From contig DCJC01000056.1 of assembly GCA_002317355.1 (NCBI GenBank), positions 7,307-71,306 on the forward strand: a DNA stretch of 64,000 nt. The letters are read 5' to 3'. Below are positions 56,402 through 64,000 of this stretch, one piece after another. Position numbers and translations under genes: made by a program. The notes beneath the pieces were generated by a model. The model ran no database searches and was not told the origin of the DNA. It saw only the letters and a program-made list of their open reading frames with translations. How positions within the stretch are numbered: position 1 is the first letter of the stretch; every line of letters begins with the position of its first letter. Source of the stretch: Prevotellaceae bacterium UBA1710. Its GTDB lineage: Bacteria; Bacteroidota; Bacteroidia; Bacteroidales; Bacteroidaceae.

Positions 56402-57418
56402 ATGAAGATAAAGGACATAGACCTCGTAAATGTCTCCCGATTCAGGGCGGAGCACATGGGAATGGCGATGCTATTCGTCATCCTCTTCCACGTTGGATTG
56501 CCAAGGTGGAGTGACTTCTATGGCCTTCGCCGAATGGGTAACTTAGGAGTGGATATGTTCCTCTTCCTTAGTGGTGTCGGATTGTGGTTTTCGTGGATGA
56601 AGGCACCGATGGAGAAGGGTAGTGGAGCACGTGTCTTCTTCAGGGACTGGGCGCAGTTCTATTGGCGACGACTGAAGCGCATCTATCCGGTATGGCTCGT
56701 TATTGCGTGTCTGTTCTATATCCCTCGGTTTGATGGCGTGCATTGGATAGATCTCTTCGGGGATATCCTTACCAACTGGGATTTCTGGTTGCATGACGAA
56801 CTCACCTTCTGGTACATCCCTGCCACTATGATGCTCTATATCTTCGCGCCTCCTTATATGGAGTTAATCCGAAGGCATCCTATCTATCATTGGCTGGTAC
56901 TGATAATGGTGATGTGGTGCATACTTGTGCAATGGGTAACACCAATCCATCGTGCCGTCGGTCATATCGAGATATTCTGGAGCAGAGTGCCAATATTCTT
57001 CCTCGGCATCAATATGGGAGAGATGGTGAGGCAGAAGAAGAGTCTTGACGGACAATGTATATGGATGGTGTGGATAATGTTCCTGATGTCGCTTTGCACA
57101 AGTATATGGCTTGAACAGGAGATACATGGTCATTTTCCTCTATTCATAGAGAGAATGCTCTACATACCTCTTACGGTAACAACGATAATCTTGCTCAACC
57201 GTTTGTTCAGAAGAACGCCTCTGTGGTTCAACAAGACGGTGGCATGGTTTGGCGCCCTGAGTCTTGAGGCGTACCTGATACATATCGAATTCGTTCTGAA
57301 GCCCCTTGAGAAGAATACCGACCTTGGATACTGGGCTACATTCCTCATCACCGTGGCTGCAACGATGCCATTGGCATGGCTCCTGCATTTCGCGTACAAA
57401 AAACTCACCCGACAATGA
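56402..57418 (+). CDS. acyltransferase family 3 (O-acyltransferase)
   Basis: G.AML.VILFH, GVDMFLFLSGVG, FYWRRLKRIYP, WYI, SLEAYLIH. Confidence 0.87.
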   Translation: MKIKDIDLVNVSRFRAEHMGMAMLFVILFHVGLPRWSDFYGLRRMGNLGVDMFLFLSGVGLWFSWMKAPMEKGSGARVFFRDWAQFYWRRLKRIYPVWLVIACLFYIPRFDGVHWIDLFGDILTNWDFWLHDELTFWYIPATMMLYIFAPPYMELIRRHPIYHWLVLIMVMWCILVQWVTPIHRAVGHIEIFWSRVPIFFLGINMGEMVRQKKSLDGQCIWMVWIMFLMSLCTSIWLEQEIHGHFPLFIERMLYIPLTVTTIILLNRLFRRTPLWFNKTVAWFGALSLEAYLIHIEFVLKPLEKNTDLGYWATFLITVAATMPLAWLLHFAYKKLTRQ

Positions 57419-58299
57419 AACATATCATCCAATTAACGAGGCCATATCAGTGGGTTAAGAATATATTCATTATTCTGCCACTCTTCTTCGGTGGAGCACT
57501 TACCGATAGAATGTCTGTCATCTACACCCTGATGGCATTCTTCGCCTATAGTTTTACTGCATCTTCCATCTATTGCTATAATGATATCATTGATGTGGAA
57601 GATGACCGTAGGCATTCCGAGAAGTGCAAGCGACCTATTGCATCGGGTGCTGTGAGCATTCGCCAGGGCTATTGCATCATGGTCTTCATGCTGCTGCTTG
57701 CCATATCTATCATTGCCTTCATGGGTGAGAGGGCTTTGATTGTAGGTGGAGTGGTGTTGGTGTATTTCATTCTTGATATACTCTATTGCCGACTCTTCAA
57801 GCACTATGCCATAGTGGATGTGTGTGTGCTTTCCTTCGGTTTTGTACTGCGAATACTTGCTGGTGGCTTTGCTTCTGACATCATGCCTTCCCATTGGCTC
57901 GTCATGATGACGTTCCTGCTTGCCCTTTTCCTCTCCTTTGCCAAGCGTAGGGACGATGTGGTTAGGATGATGAAGACGGGCGAGGCACCTCGCCATAACA
58001 CGGAACGATACAACCTTACGTTCATCAATCAGGCTGTTACCATTACTGCAACCGTAACCCTTGTGTGCTACATCATGTACACCATATCGCCTGCGGTCAT
58101 TGAGCGTACAGGTTCAGAATATGTCTATCTCACCTCGGTATTCGTGATACTCGGTTTGCTGAGATACATGCAGCTCACCCTTGTTGATGAGAAGACGGGC
58201 GACCCAACGAAGATGCTATACTCGGATCACTTCCTGCAGTTGGTCATCGTGATGTGGTTCGCTTCGTACCTTATTATAATATATAACCCATTTGATTAA
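57415..58299 (+). CDS. UbiA-family polyprenyl-phosphate phosphoribosyltransferase (DPPR synthase-like)
   Basis: RPYQWVKN, YCYNDIIDVEDDRRH.EK.KRPIASG, GFVLRILAG, AKRR; start moved to the ATGA overlap at 57415. Confidence 0.9.
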   Translation: MKHIIQLTRPYQWVKNIFIILPLFFGGALTDRMSVIYTLMAFFAYSFTASSIYCYNDIIDVEDDRRHSEKCKRPIASGAVSIRQGYCIMVFMLLLAISIIAFMGERALIVGGVVLVYFILDILYCRLFKHYAIVDVCVLSFGFVLRILAGGFASDIMPSHWLVMMTFLLALFLSFAKRRDDVVRMMKTGEAPRHNTERYNLTFINQAVTITATVTLVCYIMYTISPAVIERTGSEYVYLTSVFVILGLLRYMQLTLVDEKTGDPTKMLYSDHFLQLVIVMWFASYLIIIYNPFD

Positions 58300-58887
58300 A
58301 TGAAGAGATACTATTTCTCCGACTTCGATGGTACGCTGACCACTACCGACTCCATGATGTCTATCATCATACATCAGCGAGGAAAGTTCGGTTTGGCTCT
58401 TGCCATGCTTCGTATCCTTCCATGGGTGATACTCATGTTCATGGGAAGATACTCCAATCAGCGTACTAAGGAGCGCCTGCTTCATAACTGCTTTGGAAAG
58501 ATGACTGAAGAGGAGTTCAATGCCTTCTGTCAGGACTTTGCTGATAGGCATAGACATATCCTTCGCAAGAGTCTCTATGATAATCTCATGGAATACCAGC
58601 GTCGGGGCGATGAGGTGGTAGTGGTAACGGCAAGTCCTGAGAACTGGGTTAGTCGACTTGTGCCAGAGTTCAAGGTGTTGGGTACGAAGATGGAGTTCTC
58701 GCAACGCTTCACAGGCAGATTCCTCACCCCCAACTGCTATGGTTGGGAGAAGGTGAACAGAATACTCCGGGCTTATCCCGAACTTGAAAGCGATAGAGCA
58801 TCTTTCCACGTTACAGCCTTTGGAGACTCTCGTGGCGATAAGGAAATGCTTGAGTTTGCTGATGAGCAGTATTTTAAGCCTGTATAA
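58300..58887 (+). CDS. HAD-IB family phosphatase
   Basis: DFDGTLT, VVTAS, NCYG.EK, FGDSRGD. Confidence 0.9.
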   Translation: MKRYYFSDFDGTLTTTDSMMSIIIHQRGKFGLALAMLRILPWVILMFMGRYSNQRTKERLLHNCFGKMTEEEFNAFCQDFADRHRHILRKSLYDNLMEYQRRGDEVVVVTASPENWVSRLVPEFKVLGTKMEFSQRFTGRFLTPNCYGWEKVNRILRAYPELESDRASFHVTAFGDSRGDKEMLEFADEQYFKPV

Positions 58888-58893
58888 AAGATA

Positions 58894-60348
58894 ATGAAGA
58901 GTATAACAGATATATTCAAGATACACAAGGATGAACATTGGATGGCATTAGTGTCATTCCTACTCTTTGCGTTCCTCAATTTCCTTTCGGTGTATAAGTA
59001 CTGGGATAGGTTCAGCGCACTCTCTGACAACTATCACAAGCTCTTCGTGCGTTATTTCTCTATCTCAGGCTTCGACCCTCTCACATACGAGGTTGTGTCC
59101 GACTGGGATACAGCCTATAACGTATATCGCCATCCGTTGCTCGCATTCTTCATGTGGCCTTTCTATCTGCTGAATCAAGGACTGATGTCTCTTACAGGCA
59201 AGAACTTTGCAACGGTCATCACAGCCCTTATCATCATCTTCTGTGCCTTCTATTCAGCAATCTTCCTCTTCCGAATCTTCAAGAATATCATTAAGGTGAA
59301 GGTACGTGAGGCTTATCTGCTTACAGCCCTCACGTTCAGCATGTCGTTCATCATGCTCTCAGCTATGGTGCCCGACCATTTCATCATGTCGATGTTTGCC
59401 CTCACCCTCACGCTGTATCTTTCGGGAAAGAAACTGATTGGCGGTTCGGCACTCAATATGTGGCAGACCATCGCTATGTTCATCCTCACGGCTGGCATCT
59501 CCCTCAATAATGGTCTTAAGATATTCCTTGCAGGACTTGTTACTCGTCGCAAGCGTTTCTTCGAGTGGCGCTACCTGCTCTTTGCCGTTATCATCCCATG
59601 TGCCATGATATGGGGCTTTGCCCGTTGGGAATACCGCACCTACGTATGGCCTAAGGAAATGGCGCGTAATGAGGTGAAGGCGAAGAAGAACCGTGAATAC
59701 GTAGAGAACATACGTAAGCGGGTGCGTGACTCCATCGGCTCTGAGGATTCCGCTGCCGTTGAGGCTCTTACCAAGAAGATACAGAAGGAGAAGGCTAAGG
59801 CTAAGTATCTTCGTGACCGTAAGAAGATATGGAACAAGAATACAGGTAAGCCGATAGCGCAGGGAGAGTTCATGCGATGGACCGACAAGACCACCTCTCG
59901 ATGGGATGTTACCGTGGAATGTCTCTTTGGTGAAGGCATTCAGTTGCATCGTGACCATCTCCTTGGTGATGTCCTGCGTAATCGTCCGCTGATTGTTCGT
60001 TACGATATAGGTAGCATAACTGGCTATATCAACTATCTCGTGGAAGCCATCATCGTGGGTTGCTTCCTCATCGGAGTATGGATGGGCAGAAAGAAACTGT
60101 TCCTCTGGACGGCTCTCTCCTTCCTCTTCCTCGATATGGCTCTGCACATGGGCCTCGGCTTCGGTATCAACGAGATATACATCATGTCGGCTCACTATCT
60201 CTTCGTACTGCCTATTGCCATGGCGTATCTCTTCAAGTCTATAGAAGACAGGAAGAAGTGTTCTGATGTGATGTTTGCCGTGTGCACCGTTGCTACAGTA
60301 TGGTGCTTTGCGTGGAATATAGGTAATATAATATCATATTGTCTATGA
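58894..60348 (+). CDS. DUF6080-like polytopic membrane protein (candidate GT-C transferase)
   Basis: SGFDP.TY, RHPLLA, PDHF, LFGEGI.LH, YIMSAH motifs; multi-TM. Confidence 0.75.
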   Translation: MKSITDIFKIHKDEHWMALVSFLLFAFLNFLSVYKYWDRFSALSDNYHKLFVRYFSISGFDPLTYEVVSDWDTAYNVYRHPLLAFFMWPFYLLNQGLMSLTGKNFATVITALIIIFCAFYSAIFLFRIFKNIIKVKVREAYLLTALTFSMSFIMLSAMVPDHFIMSMFALTLTLYLSGKKLIGGSALNMWQTIAMFILTAGISLNNGLKIFLAGLVTRRKRFFEWRYLLFAVIIPCAMIWGFARWEYRTYVWPKEMARNEVKAKKNREYVENIRKRVRDSIGSEDSAAVEALTKKIQKEKAKAKYLRDRKKIWNKNTGKPIAQGEFMRWTDKTTSRWDVTVECLFGEGIQLHRDHLLGDVLRNRPLIVRYDIGSITGYINYLVEAIIVGCFLIGVWMGRKKLFLWTALSFLFLDMALHMGLGFGINEIYIMSAHYLFVLPIAMAYLFKSIEDRKKCSDVMFAVCTVATVWCFAWNIGNIISYCL

Positions 60349-61697
60349 AGAATTATCTGATAAGACATAAGGAATCGCTGTTAGTCGCACTTCTTGGACT
60401 TGTGATTGTTGTAGCACTCAATATTATGATGCTGCATTATCACTATCAGCCGTGGACAAATCCGAAGGTGGGTTTCTGGAGTGCCTTCTGGAATAGATGG
60501 GAGGTATCAGGCTTCGACCCATATACTTACATCGTGGTGTCAAAGTGGCGCCCTCTCTATGTCCTTTCACGCCATCCTCTTCTTGCTGGAATGATGTGGC
60601 CGTTATCAGAACTTAATGGCTGGCTGATGGAGAAAACGGGTGTCAACTGCGCAATCTTCATAGTAGGTGTGCTCCTCGTGCTGTTGAGCCTTAGTGCCTG
60701 GATGCTGATGTATAGAATCCAGCGACGATTATTGGAAATGAGCGCATGGATGAGTCTGTTGCTCACGCTCTTCTTTTATTCGTTCTCGCATGTCATGCTC
60801 ACCATCTTCGTTGAGGATCACATGGCAATGACACTTCCTCTGCTCCTTTTGAGCGTGTATCTTGCAGGAAAGGCAATAAAGCGAGGAAAGACGATGCCGT
60901 TATGGCAATCACTTCCCCTGCTCTTTGTCTCTACAGGTGTGACCACGACAAACTGCGTTAAGATCGGTCTCTCTGATATCTTTACCCAGTGGGGCAGGAA
61001 GTCGTTCGGTAGGATAGTCGTTCATTTTCTCGTCTATCTCATCCCGATGTCTGTGATAGCAGGATTCTATTTCTATCAGGAACATACCACGCAGATTGAG
61101 GAGAAACATAACATAGAGAGAACTGTAAATAAGCGTATGCAGCGTGATTCCGTTTTTGCTGTAAAGTGGAAGAAGGAACTTGCCGACAATGAGAGACGCA
61201 AGCATGAACAGCTTGTTCAGTTGTCATTTGTTACCAACACCGACTACAAGATAGATCGTCTGCCATCCCTCGTGGAAAATGTCTTCGGTGAAGGCTTTAT
61301 CTTGCATAATCGTTACCCGCTACGTGACTCGAACAAGAACCACCGTCCTGTGCTCGTGAAATATAAGTATTGGTGGAACTACCTCCTGGAAGGAATGATC
61401 GTGGTACTGTTCATTACAGGTGTGTTCTGTGGGAGGAAAGAGCGCCTTATGTGGATGGTGATGTCAATGTTCCTGTTTGATATGTTCCTTCATGTCGGAC
61501 TCAATTTCGCTTCTGCCGATGTGTATATCATGACAGCCCATTGGGCATTTGTCATCCCTGTAGCCGTGGCATATCTCATAAAGAAAACAATGGTGTCGCC
61601 TAAACTGAACATAGCAGTTGTGGCTGCAGTCATTTTTCTCACCATCTATATGTGGGTGCATAATCTTCAAATTATAATACCGCATATTATCCGATAG
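60345..61697 (+). CDS. DUF6080-like polytopic membrane protein, paralog of 58894-60348
   Basis: SGFDPYTY, RHPLLA, EDH, VFGEGF.LH, YIMTAH; start moved to the ATGA overlap at 60345. Confidence 0.75.
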   Translation: MKNYLIRHKESLLVALLGLVIVVALNIMMLHYHYQPWTNPKVGFWSAFWNRWEVSGFDPYTYIVVSKWRPLYVLSRHPLLAGMMWPLSELNGWLMEKTGVNCAIFIVGVLLVLLSLSAWMLMYRIQRRLLEMSAWMSLLLTLFFYSFSHVMLTIFVEDHMAMTLPLLLLSVYLAGKAIKRGKTMPLWQSLPLLFVSTGVTTTNCVKIGLSDIFTQWGRKSFGRIVVHFLVYLIPMSVIAGFYFYQEHTTQIEEKHNIERTVNKRMQRDSVFAVKWKKELADNERRKHEQLVQLSFVTNTDYKIDRLPSLVENVFGEGFILHNRYPLRDSNKNHRPVLVKYKYWWNYLLEGMIVVLFITGVFCGRKERLMWMVMSMFLFDMFLHVGLNFASADVYIMTAHWAFVIPVAVAYLIKKTMVSPKLNIAVVAAVIFLTIYMWVHNLQIIIPHIIR

Positions 61698-62804
61698 ATG
61701 AAGGTTCTGATCTTAAGCACATTCCAGTCCTCTGGTGGGGCGGCTATTGCTGCTGCCCGACTCATGCACGCCCTTCAGCAGAATGGTGTGGAGGTGTCTA
61801 TGCTCTGCCGAAAGAATATCGCCTTCGGTTCTGCCGCCCTTCGTAAGCAGTCATGGACCAGTATCTTCGAACGTGCATATATATGGATGTGTAACGGATT
61901 CTCAACCAAGAATCTGTGGGCTACAGACATAGCAGTCTTCGGGCAGGATATCACTCACACACGTGAGTATAGGGAGGCTGATGTCATCCATCTTCATTGG
62001 GTAAACCAGGGATTCATTTCCCTTTCCTCCATTCAGAAGATGCTCGATGATGGCAAGAAAGTGGTATGGACTATGCACGATGCGTGGAACTCCATGGGAG
62101 CCTATCATCTCAAGATTCTGCAGAAGCATGATTATCTTGAGCGCACCACCTATGAGCGCAAGCAGAAACTATATGCTGGGGCGAGGATTCAGTTCGTCAC
62201 CTGTAGCCAATGGCTTATGAACGAAGCCTTGAAGAGTACGCTAATGGCCGACCAGAAGGTCACGGCTATTCCTAATCCTCTCGACATAGGAATCTTCGCC
62301 CCTCAGCCGCATCCTAATCGTCGTAAGGTGCTGTTCGTTGCCCAGAATGTCAACAATGAGATGAAGGGAATGCGATACCTTGATGAGGCTGCGAGGATAA
62401 TCAATGCTGATGCCAGCCGTAAGGTGGAAATAATAGCATTGGGCAGGGACATCCCTTATATCTCAGATATCCATGAGATGGCTCGTCTCTATGCCTCTGT
62501 TGATGCCTTCGTGCTGCCTTCTCTCTCCGAGAACCTCCCTAACACCATCATGGAGGCAATGGCATGCGGAACGCCGTGCGTGGGCTTCCGTGTAGGTGGT
62601 ATTCCTGAGGAGATAGATCATCTTGAGAATGGCTACCTCGCCAACTATAAGGATTCTGAAGACCTTGCCAAGGGCATACTCTATGTGCTTGATGAGCAGA
62701 ACCATCAGCGACTTGCCGAGAATGCGCGGCAGAAGATAATCAATTGCTATAGTGAGAAAGCCGTAGCAGAGCGTTACATCGATATTTACACCAATGAGCA
62801 ATAG
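61698..62804 (+). CDS. glycosyltransferase family 4 (WcaC-like)
   Basis: GGAAIAA.RL, DVIHLHW, WTMHD, PSLSENLPNTIMEAMACGTP. Confidence 0.92.
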   Translation: MKVLILSTFQSSGGAAIAAARLMHALQQNGVEVSMLCRKNIAFGSAALRKQSWTSIFERAYIWMCNGFSTKNLWATDIAVFGQDITHTREYREADVIHLHWVNQGFISLSSIQKMLDDGKKVVWTMHDAWNSMGAYHLKILQKHDYLERTTYERKQKLYAGARIQFVTCSQWLMNEALKSTLMADQKVTAIPNPLDIGIFAPQPHPNRRKVLFVAQNVNNEMKGMRYLDEAARIINADASRKVEIIALGRDIPYISDIHEMARLYASVDAFVLPSLSENLPNTIMEAMACGTPCVGFRVGGIPEEIDHLENGYLANYKDSEDLAKGILYVLDEQNHQRLAENARQKIINCYSEKAVAERYIDIYTNEQ

Positions 62805-63600
62805 GAAATTCTCCATCATAACCGTCACGTGGAATAATGCTGACGGACTTCAGAGGACACTCCAGAGTGTGAGTGCCCTCGATTATCCGAGCCTTGAGGT
62901 TATCGTTGTCGATGGCGCAAGTACTGATAGCACCTCGTCTGTCGTCTCTTCCTTCGGCAACCTTGTCAGTGTCTTCGTTTCTGAGAAAGACAACGGCATC
63001 TACAACGCCATGAACAAGGGTATCACCCATGTCACGGGCGATTATGTGGTCTTTATGAACGCTGGCGACTGCTTCGCCGATGCCGATGTGTTGTCGAAGG
63101 TGGCTCAGGTTGATGCAGATATCATCCTTGGTGGTGCAAGGTATGGTGATTCCGTCCGACTTGTCCCTGAACGTATGTCGCTCTATGATGTCCTCTCACT
63201 CGGCATCAATCATCAATCCACTTACTACCGTGCCGACATCCTCCGTGAATATCGTTTCGATGAGAGTTACAGGTATATAGCCGACCTCAAGTCGGTTGTT
63301 GAGCCTATGGCTCGTCGTCATGCCTCCGTTGCTACCATCCCATCCATCCTGTCCGTCTGCGAGGGTGGGGGAGTAAGCAAGCAGCATTGGCGTGATACCC
63401 TCACAGAGAACCGCCGCATCGTGGCAGAGGTCGTGGAGCCATACTACCGTGACGACTACCAGCGCTTTTCTCGCATTAGTAATGCCATGCTCGATGACTT
63501 CATCGTGCTATCACATTTCCATAGCATCTTCCCATTGCTTCGCTTTATGGCAAAGGTAATGCGTTTCCTCAATTCCAAATTCAAGCATATCCCACTATGA
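62794..63600 (+). CDS. glycosyltransferase family 2 (WcaE-like)
   Basis: SIITVTWN, VVDGASTD, SEKDNGIYNAMNKG, FMNAGD. Confidence 0.92.
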   Translation: MSNRKFSIITVTWNNADGLQRTLQSVSALDYPSLEVIVVDGASTDSTSSVVSSFGNLVSVFVSEKDNGIYNAMNKGITHVTGDYVVFMNAGDCFADADVLSKVAQVDADIILGGARYGDSVRLVPERMSLYDVLSLGINHQSTYYRADILREYRFDESYRYIADLKSVVEPMARRHASVATIPSILSVCEGGGVSKQHWRDTLTENRRIVAEVVEPYYRDDYQRFSRISNAMLDDFIVLSHFHSIFPLLRFMAKVMRFLNSKFKHIPL

Positions 63601-64000
63601 CCATAACAATACTTGTTCCCGTCTATGGCGTGGAGAAATACATAGAAGAGTGTGCCGAATCCCTCTTTTCGCAGAAATATGATGATATTGAGTATATCTT
63701 CTGCGATGACTGTACTCCTGATCGGAGTATAGATATTCTGCGTAAGGTAGTTGAACGACATCCTAAACGTGAAGGGCATGTCAGAATTATCCGTAATGAG
63801 CAGAATAAGGGACTTGGAGGAACTCGATTGCACCTTATCTCGGAAGTCAAGACAGACTATTTCCTTATTGTGGATAGTGATGATGTTTTGCCATTGAATG
63901 CTGTTGCCGCTCTTGCAAGTAAGATGAAAGAGGCAGATACTGATATTGTGGATGGAGCATATTCTGTTTATGCAGATGAGAAGTCGGCAAAAGCAATACT
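63597..64000 (+). CDS. glycosyltransferase family 2, truncated by the window end
   Basis: hand-translated MTITILVPVYGVEKYIEEC..DDCTPDRS..NKGLGGTR..VDSDD; ATGA overlap with the previous stop. Confidence 0.9.
   Translation, partial: MTITILVPVYGVEKYIEECAESLFSQKYDDIEYIFCDDCTPDRSIDILRKVVERHPKREGHVRIIRNEQNKGLGGTRLHLISEVKTDYFLIVDSDDVLPLNAVAALASKMKEADTDIVDGAYSVYADEKSAKAI

Noticed and set aside
58216-60195. 240-aa and 278-aa minus-strand ORFs
   Set aside because: Antisense shadows of the HAD and DUF6080-like genes, expected from codon bias.

Overview
A 64-kb chromosomal window from a Bacteroidales organism, most likely Prevotellaceae, judged from TAnnTTTG/TTTG promoters, the T9SS, gene content and repeat style. 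It is mostly housekeeping genes: adk, hpt, nnr, fba, priA, cmk, ispH, meaB, mrp/apbC, topB, trmB, ilvE, xseAB and purT. It also carries a complete porP-K-L-M-N type IX secretion operon, several outer-membrane beta-barrels, an alpha-2-macroglobulin, and the start of a cell-surface glycan modification operon (pEtN transferase, two acyltransferases, UbiA-type phosphoribosyltransferase, HAD phosphatase, two DUF6080-like membrane proteins, glycosyltransferases). No tRNA, rRNA, CRISPR array, transposase or integrase was seen. The best candidates for undescribed biology are: (1) two tandem self-contained units of promoter, T9SS cargo gene, unannotated 47-51 aa MKK..YxxP acidic-tailed peptide and terminator; (2) a four-helix-bundle gene enclosed by inverted heptamer arrays inside the trmB-topB unit, with several gene-less cassettes of similar grammar elsewhere; (3) a putative polyprenyl-phospho-ribose/GT-C glycosylation module; (4) two candidate structured leader RNAs; (5) a family of 11-bp-period back-to-back repeat arrays; (6) a hybrid two-component protein lacking its ATPase domain. 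All calls come from reading the sequence; no searches were run.
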